Source: Phoronis australis
Taxonomy: Eukaryota > Animalia > Phoronida
Direction: 5' to 3'
NCBI GenBank assembly: GCA_002633005.1
Contig: NMRA01000423.1
Span: 137,294-201,293 of the forward strand
DNA length: 64,000 bases
Part shown: piece after piece, positions 24,961-39,458 of the stretch
Layout: each line of letters begins with the position of its first letter
Numbering within the stretch: position 1 is the stretch's first letter
The notes under the pieces: generated by a model
Told to the model about the DNA's origin: nothing
The model's input: only the letters and a program-made list of their open reading frames with translations
Database searches by the model: none
Made by a program: the position numbers and the translations under genes

Positions 24961-25629
24961 CATTTCCTTCTAAGCTGTGGTAAATATTCTGAATTTTTGT
25001 ACAGTGGGCCTATGGCATTTATTACTGAAACAAATTGATTGATTGTAAAAACAAACAATGGTCGAGGGGTTACAGCAGTAGTCTGATAAGTCTGAAAGTC
25101 GTGGACATTCTCTGTCACATATTCTGGAGCATCCAAGCGGAATAAAATTGAAGTTTAGGAGATGCCACTGTTGACGCCGAGGGGTGAAATGGACTCGTAC
25201 GCCGAACACAAAGGGCGGCAATATGCGCTCGCATATACTTATGTGGGCATACAAAATGTAATTTATCAGCTGAGTTATTCTGAGTCTTCGTTATGAGACA
25301 ATTGCTGCATATTTCAAAAAGACACCTGGTCCATCTATATTGGATATGCATGCGCGCACCCAGCCTAAAAATATAGGGAGCTCGAATTTTTTAGAATGAG
25401 GACATTTTAATAAGATTTACAGGGTAGGTTCAAAGCTACGAATTGTGCATTCGCCGAATTTTTGTAGTTACTGCCTTTTTAGTGGACCTTTGTCTCACTT
25501 TCTACCTTATTCGTAATTTTTGTTTCTCTGAGGCGTACCCTTTTGCCAAATTCGTCAAATGAGGGGGCTCATTTGAGCCCCCGAGCTCCCCGCGGGTGCG
25601 CACATGATCGGGAGCGTCATGGAATGTGG

Positions 25630-25900
25630 CGGCATCATGGCCAACGAGAAAACATCGCGCTGGATGACAAGGTCGATCCGAAACCTCACCTGAACCCAGT
25701 AGAGAAGCTTTGGGATCAATTCGCTCAAAATGTACCTCCTCTTCGCCCACACAACACTGGAAGACTTGCGCCAGCTGCTCGTTCAAGAGACGGTAGGCTG
25801 CCATTTCCCAGCGGAGAATCGGGACTTCGATCAACAGTAAATGTATGCGGACTGGAGACGATGCAGTGGCCGCCTGTGACAGCACACATTACTGACTTGG
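25630..25900 (+). mobile_element. Tc1/mariner transposase C-terminal relic
   Basis: HLNPVEKLWDQ resembles the Tc1 DLNPIENLW motif, followed after a frameshift by TLEDLRQLLVQE. Confidence 0.6.
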
Positions 25901-26226
25901 GCAAGTGCTTTCATGTAGACATGTTGGCCGCCATCTGGTCCATTTCAGTTTTGAACTGCTTTCATTTATCGCTAATAAAACTGTAAGTTATTCGGATAAA
26001 ACACATAAATTATCAGAATGCTCGTCACTAATTGAAGTTTGGTAAATAAATTTGAAGTACGCGGTTCTGTATTATCTTTCGAAATGATGAAAACAATTTG
26101 ATGTGGGCCTTACTCACTTTTTGAGTAGCTTATTTCATAACGGCTTTATGTGTTGCGAAGCTGAACGTTCCCGCTGCGATGTAGCACGATCAAGACTGAT
26201 AGGTCACTGAGTCCGAGAACGCCTCC

Positions 26227-26366
26227 CGTTCAGTAACGCTAAGACTTCGCTAAAAGCAAGACTTCACGAGATTACGTGAGATATTTCCGTGTATTTTAAG
26301 TTAGAACACGTGACTAAAACTAGATTTTAGCTAGGTCCTGGCGTAGGTTCTAGCGTTACTGAACGC
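26227..26366. mobile_element. Short MITE
   Basis: cgttcagtaacgcta / tagcgttactgaacg inverted repeat. Confidence 0.55.
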
Positions 26367-29300
26367 CCGTCAGGTTGATATGCAGACTTTTTCACAGACC
26401 AGGCACTTGAAATGGGTGTGTTCACAAAGGCGTCCTATTAGCCGCCTTACAAGTCAATTTACAAAATGATATTATTTTGGCCAGTCACCATGAGTGAGCA
26501 GATACCAATAACTCACGTTATTGGAGTGCAGCTTTCTACACAGCACAGTTACAAACCTTTATCCTACATGTCTTCGTGTTATACTGCTTATAGAGTACTT
26601 TGAAATATTTATCATGTTTTAATGTTATTATCATCCTGTTATCGTTACCACCACCATCACCACCAACACTTATTTCTGTGGTGGTCTATACACAAACAAA
26701 AAAATTTAAGAAAATAAATGTTAGGAAAAATGATAAATTGTGAATGATTATACAGGAGGAATGAAAGATGTAAAGTTATGGTGAAAATGGGATGAAAAAG
26801 ACTGTAGGGTAAAGTGACATGTTAGATAACAAATACATAAGTAAAAAATAGATAAATTAATTAAACTAATTTAAATCGGTGTTATCACTTCTCTCAATAA
26901 GGATAATATAGATATTATTTGATTTGTGTAAAGAATAAACAAAATAATTAACCGTGCTTATATATCCCCTATCGCTTTTTGAATACGTGAGTAACGATAC
27001 ATTTCAGGTATATGAAGTTGTGCAAACTTCCAAAATAAGGAAGTCGATTCATTCATTCCATGCAGTATTTTCACCAGGCTTCTTGAACGTGACGTGCTTT
27101 CACGCTCGAATTTTAGACACCGTCATAAACTAATCACTGCCATAATTATGTATTACTGGTTTATTTATTTACCACTGTCACCATTCCTGATTTGTGATTG
27201 GTAGATTTATCACTATCATAATTTTTTATTACTATTTATTACTTATGTCATTATTCCTGACATTTCTGAAACTGAACTCGAAATTATGCTTGGCAGTTTC
27301 TACTTTACTTTTGTGGAAACTCAAGATAAGTGTCTACTATTCTATGCTCGAGTACATAATGACTTACGTGGATAATTTATTAGTCCTAGTTTGCAGTTGA
27401 TAAATCCAACGTTAAAGCTAAAACTTCGAATTTGAACTCGAAATTTCGAGTTTTTACTCGAGTTTGTATCACGAATACGATAAGTGTCATCAAGTGCAAA
27501 CTTGGACTGAGAAACTCATAATTATGCGTAAACTCTAATGCATTGCAGCACAGATAACCACTTAGGCCTATCTTGAGTTCGCACAAAAGTAGCAGAGACT
27601 TGCCAAAAAATAATTTCGAGTTCGTTTCGAATACAAAGATTAGAACCCGGACCATTGTTGGCTAAATAGATTTAACCGTCATAACTCGGGAATTATGGCA
27701 GTGTTTTACACTGACACTTTTTGACACTGTTCGTTTTGGAAACCACTCGCTACCCCGCAGCGAAAATATAATTGCGCATACAAAATTAGGCATATGGTCC
27801 TGTATTCGGAAAATTCCGGGACTAGACATCCATTTGTGCAATACATGTAGTTTAATATCACCAGAGAGTAAACTCGACAAATGCAACGTATATTTTGGGA
27901 ACAAAGGGTAAACCTTACGTCATTGTACCAAAGAGCATCCATGTATCCACTATAGTTATGTAACTGATCTGCTGGGGGTACTTCAATAGAAGAAGTATTG
28001 CAGGATATGTCACTCCATTAGAAACTGAGGCGACTTTTTCGGGTCCCTTTAATGCCAAAATATAACACGAAATGTAAAGTTTTTCCACTAAATTCCCAAA
28101 AAAGCTTCACTTCAGGAATTTGCAGCTGTACAGGAGGTTCCTTTTATAACTGCACAAATCCTGTACAGAAGGGTTTTTAATATTATTCATATTTTAAAAT
28201 CTTCGTTTGGCAAATTACGTAGGCCTACATGTATTACTTTTGGCAAGATGTCAGCTTTTCTTGTATTGCTGTTAAGACTTAACGGGATAAAAAGTCAGTT
28301 GTCCCTGCGAATCCTATAGAGTTAGATTGGTGGAATTGAGGTAACTTTGGTGATTTCGCTCACGTCGGCGCGCTGCAACCAATTCAGACACATGGTTCGC
28401 ATCCGTTCAATGGCCGTGGACAGTACGAACACGGCGTCAACTCGATGCTGTTTTCGAATAAAGGTTGAAATTATGTTTTATGGCAGAGCATCAGAACAAT
28501 TGGAAGCAAACTGCTCACTCATAAATTATTTTGCAAAATAATGCAAAGAATTTGAGGGTGACATCGGTTTATGCCACCAGCTTGCGCCACCTTGAGTAGT
28601 AGTGCAAAATTTAAGTCAACCAAGATATCGTTATTCTTAAGACTCTCCCTTCCCGCATTTAAATTTATGATTCTTTGCTGTGATTATAAAGTGCATTTTG
28701 AGACTTGATGAGAGGCTCACATTTAATCAAGGACAACATTATTTCTAACATATTTTAGGTATTAGAAGATCAGTTACCATTATCAGCAATCGCCCTGGTG
28801 AGTTGAGGTGCGTTTCGCCAGCCTGAGTCGTCCTCGTAGAGGTTGTGTAGGGTTACAGTAACCGACTACCACGCAAGATGAAACCTCTCGTCGTTGTCCT
28901 ATTAAGCTACAAGGACCCAAACATTGCTGAAAAGTTTGATGACGCCGTCACGGATTGAAGTGAGCTATTAATGTGCTTGGCTGAACGCACAGGATGAGAT
29001 AATTGTGGTCGTAAACCAAGTTACACACCTGTTTATCGTACGCACTCTGCAGTCAAAAACCCGTGACTGCTTTTAAATTGACAAGTAAATATCCTCCGTC
29101 TTTGGATTTTTTTAAAATCGAGGCATTACAAGAGAAATAAGTTACTAGATATTTTCAACAACACTGCTAAGCAACGACCATTAGTGTGTGAATCGATGAT
29201 GACGAGCTGGTCACAGTCTTGGCGGGGGTACAAAAAGGGCCCAAATGTTAGCGTAGGATTTGTCTTTCAACGACCGTCAAAGATACAGAGAGCATGAGCG

Positions 29301-30246
29301 AATATCGTTGAAAATTATTAGTTGTGAACATTTTCGTGTGTTCAACAAATTTTAATTTGCAACCATAACATTAGATTATTCTCCATATGCTAGAGCGACC
29401 AAGACCTGTAGTAAATCTCTTCCATGAAATGCGAGGCGGACGAACTCGATGCTCTTAAATTGGTGGCAGCTCCACCTTGCGGATCAGTTTCATGAGCCCC
29501 GGCGAAAGTACTTTGAGTTTCTGGAAGAGAATCCTAAGATAAGGGGACTTTTCAAAAATCCCATTTTACCCTACTCTCTGGATGGATGTGTTTTCTAGCA
29601 TCAACTGCAACCCCATCCGATCACAAACGTAGTCAAGTAACCCTCCGGAAGGTGACCTATTTAGATACCCGTCTGGGCACACATATGTTATTGAAGATAT
29701 TGTGCCTTTGACCAGTCTGCAGGCGTACGAATGCCATGTCTGAAGAACGGGGATCTAAAAGGTTTACGGTACGTTTGTGATATTAGTCTTCTTGAGAGCC
29801 AGTGTTTCCAGTCTGCAAGTTACAGGCATCTACATTCTGATGCCTGTGCTTCTGTGATACTGAGGATCGAGGGACACGCTGTCGCTCGGCATCATCACCT
29901 GCAGGTCGTTTGGTTGGGTGTTGGGACTGAATTCATCACATATTACTCTATGTCTATTTTCCCCAGGATGAGCAAATCTTGAAGTATGTTTGGCCAAAGA
30001 CTTCAACAACATCAGTAAAAGTTCTTCAGTTACGCAATTCTTGCACCGATCGATTGTCCGATTGCAATCGAGGAATTTGACCCCAGTGTCACAACATTAC
30101 CTGCGCATGCCGGGGGTGATCTCTTAGATTCATGTCGAGGTTTTCTGCAGTTACAGTTCTCTACACCAAATATTCCTGTAAGCTACATGAGTTTGCACTG
30201 CTTCTTGAGCCTGTGTATTATATGTGGAGATCACTGAACTGATGAA

Positions 30247-30255
30247 ATGGATGAA
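30247..30255 (+). CDS. DPYS: Dihydropyrimidinase, putative first coding exon (MDE)
   Basis: ATG GAT GAA|gtaaga, phase 0 fits the next exon; in-frame stop upstream; very short, so uncertain. Confidence 0.4.
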
Positions 30256-30940
30256 GTAAGAGTGTGCTAGGCTACCATTTAAAGATGTTTTAACATCTTT
30301 TTAAAGAGGAAACATCCATGCTTTGTTTATTGCGGGAAAATATTGTGATTATTACTTTTTTCGAAATTCTAAGTTTGAACCTTTTTAGACGGGCAGCCAT
30401 GAGCCTCAACGAGGTACCAACATTTCAGCTAGCGGCCACACAAACACTTGTAATGTGTCCACCCTGTGCCCATTACCGAAACGGATGTCTGTCTGTGGCT
30501 ACACTCTGTCTGTGGTCCCCGGGAACTTTCAAGGCGCCTATATTAAATATTCGAGATACCTGCCAAAATCGATATAAAATCAACAACCGTGCCACATTGA
30601 GCACTGAATAACACGCCACAGACAGCTGACGGTACTCGGGAAAGGTCTCGCCAAACAACGACAAGGATTCCCAAAATTGAGCAAATGTTTTAGGAACCAA
30701 GATTTGATTCGGTATATGTCAGTGATCACTAAGTGGCCCATGGCAGACACGATACACTCTGGGGTTGGGCCAGCCAATAACCCCAAGCATTTCACCCACA
30801 CGGAACAATGAGCATCAGCCGGAATGGCTCATGACAGAAAATTTGGACTCTGGAAAGGGCAGGATCTAAGTTGTATTTGGAACGCCACACTCACCACGTA
30901 CAGGCCAAAACGTTAATTTAAATTTTGCAATTTCTTATAG

Positions 30941-31106
30941 GAACGGCAAAGCCTTCTGATCCGAGGAGGTACCGTGGTCAATGACGACCGTATGTTTGTT
31001 GCCGATGTGTTAGTGGAGAATGGCGTTATAAAACAAGTGGCGCCTCATATTGAGGTATTGAATGAGTGGAAAATAATAGACTCAAAGGGCATGTACGTGA
31101 TGCCAG
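30941..31106 (+). CDS. DPYS: Dihydropyrimidinase exon
   Basis: ERQSLLIRGGTVVNDDRMFVADVLVENGVIKQV..IIDSKGMYVMPG. Confidence 0.95.
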
Positions 31107-31512
31107 GTATGTTGCTCTTTTTAAATTGATCGGCCGTAAGCCCATTATGCAAACGGTCCTGCATGTGTTCAGGACATTTTATGCACGTGTACATTGAATA
31201 AGTTAAGGTTGTAGGCCTGTGTGTACCTTCTGCATGTATAAAATACGTCCTTTCAATTTAAAAAGGATAAAATTGGCGCTCAAAACTATATACAAACGAC
31301 AAATGCAGGATAAGTTTCGAGTTTATTGTTCAAGACCTCTTGCGTTCACCGCAGACGAATAAAGAACTGAGGCGTCTGCCTTAAGAGAACGATAGCTGAG
31401 TTGACAGATCACGACAAGTTGAGACCAATTGCAGTGAAACACCCATTATTTCAGACATTCACTTGTTAACGTATTTTCACGTACGGCTTGACGTGAGACG
31501 CTAGCTCAGCTA

Positions 31513-31948
31513 CCGGGAATTTCCGTAGATAAGTCCACCTGCTGAAACACCCATGGGTGTTTATTCGGAAAATTATGGCCAATAAACGTCCATGAGTGTT
31601 TACTTGGTGTTACAACTTCTGGTGTCGAGTGTCATAATAGTTGGGAGTTTATTCGGAAAATTTCCTCCTAAAGCCCACACAGCCTCAACTTTTTTCGCAA
31701 ATTCAGTTTTGTGGCGCATTTTTTGATTTACAAAAACGAAAAAGGTGTTTGCGAACTATGCATTTATTAACATAAAATATAAAAACGCAGTTTTAAGTAA
31801 AAATGTCAAAGTCAGCAAAACTACGACTTTTCGTTTAAAAGACCCACTTTTCTGAATAAACGCCCGGGCGTTTATTTGGTGTTACTAAAACTTGAAAAGT
31901 TTTATTTTCCGAATACACGCCCATGGGCTTGTCTACGGAAAATCCCGG
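31513..31948. mobile_element. Tc1/mariner-type MITE with TA target duplication, in a DPYS intron
   Basis: TA|ccgggaatttccgtagataag ... cttgtctacggaaaatcccgg|TA; internal gtttattcggaaaat repeats. Confidence 0.8.
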
Positions 31949-32038
31949 TATCGTTCATTTGACGCAGTTAGCTCAGCTCGTAGCACTCCGTCTGCGGTGG
32001 CATTTAGAATCAATGAAGATTCTAGGTAGAGCTTGTAG

Positions 32039-32701
<663 letters not shown>

Positions 32702-33095
32702 TAAAAGGACAGGTTTCTGAGGAAATTTCTTTGTCATAAACAATGAGAAGAATGATGTAATTAAATTTCTTGTCGTAATCTCTGCGTCAAGCGATCTATA
32801 GAAACGAAAAACTGGAAGTTGTCTATGTTTTCTCTTGTTTGCCACTCTGGATGAAAAGAGTTCCGGACCCCTGGACCTTTCCTTTAGATCCCCTTTTGTA
32901 TACGCAAAAGCTCGATATGAGAATATATAGATGTACCATATATACTATGTCACTGAACGAATGAATAAATTGTTTTCCATTGTTTTATGCCCAAGTTCTC
33001 CATACATGTGATTTCTAAACCTAATTTACTTGTCCGCGGCATGAGCACGACTATCGCTTAGATGATGCAAACTGAAGAATTTTCTACACTTGCAG

Positions 33096-33260
33096 TTGAC
33101 TTCGTGTTTGAAAACAAGGGAGATTCCCTTCTGGAAGGTTACGAAAGATGGCGTAGTTGGGCCGATGGGAAAGTCTGCTGTGACTACGGGCTGCACGTCC
33201 TTGTTACGGAGTGGACCGAGCAAACGGGAAGAGAAATGGAGATTTTATGTTCAGAAAAAG
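33096..33260 (+). CDS. DPYS: Dihydropyrimidinase exon
   Basis: DFVFENKGDSLLEGYERWRSWADGKVCCDYGLHV..EMEILCSEK. Confidence 0.96.
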
Positions 33261-33559
33261 GTAAACCGCTCACACAGCGACATCTGCGTTGCAGTGTACT
33301 GTAAGAACTCGCTAGTAGATACCAGTGAGGTCACGTGCGCCGATTGTAATGCCTGGCAATATATCGCACACGTATGCGTTATCCCTTCTGATATGAAAGT
33401 TTATTTATAAGTACATGGAACACTACCATTTTGTTTGCATAATTTAATTCTTTCAAAACAGAATATCTATGCAATGTTCCTCTTAAGTTTGGCTTTTTGG
33501 TAATTTTCTGTATTTCAAAGATTGACCTATCTTAAAAGGAACGATTTGTTACCTTGCAG

Positions 33560-33699
33560 GCGTAAATTCTTTCAAGTGTTCTACGGCGTATCCAGAGATA
33601 CAAATGTCGGATATTGAATTGTACAAGCTGTTCAAAAAGTGCCGAGAGCTTGGCGCATTAGCTGAAATTCACGCTGAAGACGCGACACTCATTTCGGAG
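33560..33699 (+). CDS. DPYS: Dihydropyrimidinase exon (carbamylated Lys, His)
   Basis: [47 protein letters not shown]; absent from the ORF track. Confidence 0.95.
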
Positions 33700-33902
33700 G
33701 TAATAAACAAAACTTTTGCGGGATCATCTTGAGTGTGCTTAACTTATTGGACGCTTGTGGTCGAAGACGCGGCGTTGTTTTAGCAATTGCAAGTAAATTC
33801 ACCATGTATACACTAAACTTCAGCCGGTTAATTTTCGTTTTCTATGGGTTAACTGTCGATTCTTTTTGCAATTCAAGCTCATTCGGGTTGTTTTTATACC
33901 AG

Positions 33903-34092
33903 GTTGCCTCTGAGTTGATAGACATGGGAATAACAGGTCCGGAAGGCCACGAGATATCTCGTACAGAAAAGTTGGAAGAGCAGTCAACTTCTAGAGCTAT
34001 AACTATTGCAAGCCAAGCAAATTGTCCGATTTATATTGTTCACGTGGTCAGTAAATCGACTGCTGACGTCATCAAGTCCGCCAGGCAACGAG
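33903..34092 (+). CDS. DPYS: Dihydropyrimidinase exon
   Basis: [45 protein letters not shown]. Confidence 0.96.
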
Positions 34093-34246
34093 GTAAGAAT
34101 TGACGATGATTGAGAATGACGTAGCGCGAGCCTGATTAAAAACCTGCCGGGTGGATAGCCTTGAATTTCAACCGCTTGTTTACCTAATAGCTTTGAAGTT
34201 CACACGTGCCCGGACTACGAACATTCCCGAAGAGTTGCAGATGAGG

Positions 34247-34491
34247 GGCTCGTTCCAAGAAAATGACTTAAGTTCATTTTTGACTTAAGTCTAAGATTTG
34301 TCTTGACTTCCAAACTTTGAAACTTCCAAGTCCTGTAAGTTCGCCAAACTTAAGACAAAACTTACGCCAAACACTTAAATCAAGCTTAAGATCTCTTTCT
34401 TGAAATAATTTGAGACAAATTTAACTTTAATTTTAATATTTAGTAAAATTTAAGAATTGTCTTAGCTAAGTCAGTTTTGTTGGAACGAGCC
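34247..34491. mobile_element. Harbinger-like MITE
   Basis: ggctcgttccaagaaaatgactta / taagtcagttttgttggaacgagcc; tga near both flanks. Confidence 0.7.
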
Positions 34492-34519
34492 TGAGGTTCG
34501 GAAGTATGCGTTCCGCCAA

Positions 34520-35030
34520 CGATGACTTCAAGCACGGCAGGATGATGATTTTTCGGTGTTTTATTTTATCGCAGTTACTCTACTGTGCTTTCATCTGGCA
34601 TTGTTGTGGCCAAGTCAATGCACATTAGATTGAACGAGTTCAATGTAGGACCCTGCGATTTGTATTTGATGGTTTTTCTAGCTCATGTGAAACACTGAGA
34701 GCTAATTTGCTTACTCTAGAACTTGGTAGGCAGAGAATGATTCTAAAAGAAGCTTTCAAAATTTTGAACCACTTGTCACTTCCATTTCTGTGGGACCTTC
34801 TCACAATTCGCAGGACCCCATATGATTTGAGATCATCCAACAGGACAAACATTCCCCAGTGCAAAATCACTTGTTATGTCTGCCATCTTTCAGAGCCTAT
34901 GGCTCTAATTTATCAGATGAGACGAGATAGAGCCTACATTTAAAGACATTTGTGCAGACGTATGCAAACATATGGACTGAGCCTCTCTGCAAGTGTAGAA
35001 TGTGTGATTTCTTGATTCAAACATAGTCTC
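34520..35030 (+). mobile_element. LINE (CR1/L2-like) ORF2 3' relic
   Basis: LLTLELGRQRMILKEAFKILNHLSLPFLWDLLTIRRTPYDLRS, a typical CR1-group C-terminus. Confidence 0.6.
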
Positions 35031-35445
35031 ACCTACATGTATGTCGCTAATTGTTTAATCTTGCATGTAGAGCATCTGATGAAGGCCCCGAGCGACGGCT
35101 AATGACTTGTATCTGTTTTTTGTTGGCTTTACGTAGGCAACCGCTGATAGTACTTGTGCAGTTTTAATCACTGTTTTTCGTCGTTCGTCAATTTATTTGG
35201 GCTGTTCAGGACCACTACGAGGAAATCACTACATAAAGTGGCCATATCAAAATGAAATATGCTGTAGACGTCAAAATACCATGGTTGTGTGACTTACTTT
35301 TACCATCATATTTGCGTCTTCCTTACATCTTGAATTTCCCAGCAGAGTTTGATTGTCGGGCTGCCAATATTGCACTCATTCAGTGGACAATTAAAGGTCC
35401 ACAAAGCAGTTATTGGTGATACGTCTGAGGCTCGCTTGTTTTCAG

Positions 35446-35602
35446 GTCAAGTGGTATTTGGCGAACCAATCACAGCTGGCCTTGGTACAGATGGCAGCCA
35501 TTACAAAGACGACGACTGGTATCGCGCAGCCAGCTATGTAATGGGCCCTCCACTGCGACCTGATCCTTCGGTTAAAGACTATTTGATGGAGCGCTTGTCA
35601 TG
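35446..35602 (+). CDS. DPYS: Dihydropyrimidinase exon
   Basis: [34 protein letters not shown]. Confidence 0.96.
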
Positions 35603-37115
35603 GTATGGTTGTTATTCTCGACTTGAAACTATGGCTGCACTTGATTGTCACTTTGCCTGTTCCGGTGGGTACGTCAACCGCTGGCTAAGTCATCTGACTA
35701 AAAGTGTACGTGCTTTAAATTTTGGTTGTCTGAAACTATTAGTGAAGTGAACAATGAAAATACACTGTACATGTACATAAAAATTTACTTAAAGGGACAT
35801 CACTGGCGAGAAAAGGGATTTTTGAGCTCAGCCGAGTGCAGAATGGAATCTCGAATCCTGCGCAGTCAGAGTTAAATGACCTGCTGGTGGAGCTTAAGTG
35901 CATATCATAGATCTTGGTCAGGCCCGTAGCCAACATTGAGCGGGGGGGGTGTTCGAATTTCTAGGACGGTTTTCGGTTAATGGCCTTTGACGCAACTTAA
36001 TTAGGAGGAAGGGAAATCTTTAAACACAGCGATGACTCTCAGCTCTGAGATGAGACGGAATGCCAGAAATGAGGATGCTGTGACGGTTGGTCGCAAAGAA
36101 CGGGACACAAATTCGGATGTAACGTGGTCCAGAAAGAGAACGTTCGCGTATTACCTCCTGCCAAAATTTCAAATCGGCCATGCTTAAATGAGTGATTACA
36201 CTTCCTTACATACTCGGACGGGAACAGGAAGTTTAGTCGGCGAATGACTTGACGAAATTAATTATCTGGTTCTATTTTTGCGTGTTACTTAAGTTGCTTA
36301 CATCGATGAAACGGGAACAGCCCACTATTTCGAAGATTCACTACTCCGAGGGTTCACTGCTCCAAAAATATCTAAACTTTCAAACTCATGATGTATTTTT
36401 CAACTTTAACATGCAAAAAACGATACTTCGGTTATTACATTCACCTATTCCAAAAACAACGCCCGGGCACTAAAACACTTTGTTTGACTTTTATGTAGGC
36501 AGTGACCACTGTCACTAGCTGACGAGTACAACTAGAAACGGTGGTGAGATTTCATGTGCATGCGAAATTGCCCGCATGTCTTAAAATTTGTACGCACATG
36601 CATTTTTAAAATTATATGGAGTAGGAATACTGACGAATTATCAACCACGACACATACATCAAATCCATGTCAAAATCGCAACGCAGCGCGAGTGAAAAGT
36701 TTAGGGGTGCTGCGCCTCAACCTCACCTCAACCTCGGCCGGGTCGAAACTAAGTGAAGTTAGTACATGTAGGTCTCCCTGTCCCTACCAGTCTTCACGAA
36801 GTCACTGAGGGAGTCCCATTCAGTCTTCTTAATTTGAAACCGCCGTTGGTCGCCGCAGCCTTGACCCATGCCCCATATAGTGATGTTTGGAATTGTGGGA
36901 ATTTGAAGTAGGGAATTTTCGAAGCTTAAGCGAACCTTCGGAGTAGTGGACCATCGGAGTACTGGACCTTCGGAGTAGTGAACCTTCGTCATGGTGACAT
37001 ATGTAACCTTGGAAATCTTTTCCGTCGTATGAAGGTTGCAGGGCTTACAATCTAACGGCGAGATGTACAGATTTTCTGATATCCATGTACTGTTCACTGT
37101 AGTTTCTTTGCACAG

Positions 37116-37257
37116 CGGCGATCTGCAGTGTGTGGGGTCTGACCATTGTCCATTCAATGAAAAGGAGAGAAGCCTAGGGAGAGATGACTTCAGAAAAATT
37201 CCCAACGGCACTGCTGGAGTGGAAGATAGGATGTCTGTTGTATGGGAGAAGGGAGTG
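37116..37257 (+). CDS. DPYS: Dihydropyrimidinase exon (catalytic Asp)
   Basis: GDLQCVGSDHCPF..GRDDFRKIPNGTAGVEDRMSVVWEKGV. Confidence 0.96.
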
Positions 37258-37984
37258 GTAAGGTCTTAGTGGATTTTAGGTCGAGAAGTACTCTCATAAG
37301 AGTTACCTATGTTTCATTGAGCACAACTGAAATTAGGAATTTGCAAATGAACACGAAGTAGGTAAAGAAAGTCGCTCTTTTATGGATATAAAGCCGCGCG
37401 CTTTCTTAAACTTTCTTGTTCCGGTTTTTTGTTTTGTCTCTGATTGAAAAGTTTTCTCTTGGTTGTACATTTCACAATATGCCTTTGGAATGTCATACCG
37501 TATATTCCGTAGGCGCATGCGCCTACATCCGAATAATATGCTTTGTCTTATAAATGTACGTATTTTCGTGTGCTTATTTTGTTTGTCTGTTGTTCATTCT
37601 TAGCACTTCTTTCATTTAAACATTTGATTTTAGATCAAATACAACATAATATTAAAGCCTATTGTCCTGTAACGGATGCGTCAAGTTCACCGACAGTGGC
37701 GTACCATTTCTAAAGCTTATTCCTTGGGTTTTGCATATTGGCGCATTCGGCAATTCCGGATATAGCTACAGTTCAGAGACATGCGCATTGGCCAAAATAT
37801 TCGCGTTTATATACGGTGTATGGATCAGATAGCAAATTGAAATTGATAAGGAAAAACATTCCTGTAGTAGACCTCCTGCTAAAAGGTAAAACATTGGCTT
37901 TTTGAAAACCTCAGAGTATGATTCCACAGAAAGTTCAGAGTATGATTCCGTAGAACGTTATGATTGTTTCTTTTTTGTTTTAAG

Positions 37985-38068
37985 CATTCAGCAAAAATGG
38001 ATCCTTGCCGTTTCGTCGCCGTAACAAGCACAACAGCTGCAAAAATTTTCAACATATATCCCCGGAAG
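37985..38068 (+). CDS. DPYS: Dihydropyrimidinase exon
   Basis: [28 protein letters not shown]. Confidence 0.95.
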
Positions 38069-39458
38069 GTATGTGTACATATATTACAGATGTATCCTGG
38101 AAACAGTTTGTCGGCAGTATTCGTGATAATCGTGTCTATGACTCTTAGTTTAAATGATTTTAGAGACACGGTCAGTAGCCATAGTTTATAGTTTAAATGG
38201 GGGTCTAACCCTGTTTCTGTAGTTTCGATTTCGTGGCTTTGAGTTTCAGGTAAGACTCTTCCAGTCTGAAGGATTTATGTTTTTTCTGAAGTACATCAGT
38301 CTTTAGAAGAGCTAGTAGAGGTGTTTGTACATAGAACATACGGGGAATTTCCGAAAATAGATTGTTTAGAGACTACCAGCGAGTATACATGTATATTAAA
38401 GGAACAAAAATTTCAGACGTGTCTTCAATCAAGTTTGTGTCAATGAATGGCTGTTACAGAGCTATACTAATGAATGGTATTTGCAGTTGTGTCTTACCAG
38501 CAAGAATTGTATTCTTCCATACTTATTTCGCATTCAGCACACAGTGCGTTGTAACTGTCATCCTGTGCTAATACGGTGAATTACCAACCAAGTCGCTCTA
38601 TATCTCGTTAATGACAGTCATTTGAGTGAAATCGCGTTCCCAAAAATATTCTGTCTGCCAAATTCAACAAAATCTTACATTAAAACGTATAACATACAAG
38701 GGCGGCGCAGCACTGAAAAAGTGGGGGCTAAAGCCCCCTCAGGCCCCCCTGTAGTGCACCGCCTATAGACCATGTGCGGCGTATCCCTGGCAAAAGTGGG
38801 GGCTATAGCCCCCCCCCAGCCCCCTATGGTGCGCCGCTCATGTACATATTTATTTTAGAACAGTCCGTCTGATTTTTAAAACATGCAAACAGTTACCGAA
38901 AATACGCGCATGCCGGGCGTACCTTTGAAATTCCCGGTAGCACCTGATCCTTGAGTATCGTAAAAACTTGTTCACATAGTTACACTTCGAGGTTTCTGTT
39001 AGAACCGCAAAACTACATGTATTCTGTAACACGCGATTGAGACTAATGAACATATGAGCTTGCGTTGCTGAGAAACAAGTTGTGATTTGAGATTTAAATA
39101 GTATAGCAATTTGAACAAGTTTATAGTTTAGTTATAAACGTTGGAACCACGCGCGCTTGAGTTCATCTGTTTGTCAATCACCACCAACGTCACTCACTAC
39201 TAAGAAAACATGTTACAAGTCATCGGGAAATTCGAGCGCCTGTGGTTGGAACCGTAATACAAGAATTCTAAAGAGGTTTCTAAACAAAAATAAACGAAGC
39301 GATGGCGACCATTGCGGTTTGGCGCTCTTATAACTTCTACAACGCCATGTAACTGCTAGCTTCTCCTTTAACATTGTATATAGAGGTTGAAGCCTTGACA
39401 TCTTGTAGGCGTTCTAAGCAACCCCGTTCACAAAATTAAGGCGCGCTATCCGTTTTAG

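Noticed and set aside
31515-31524. Perfect kB site GGGAATTTCC
   Set aside because: It is part of the MITE terminal repeat; no evidence of regulatory use
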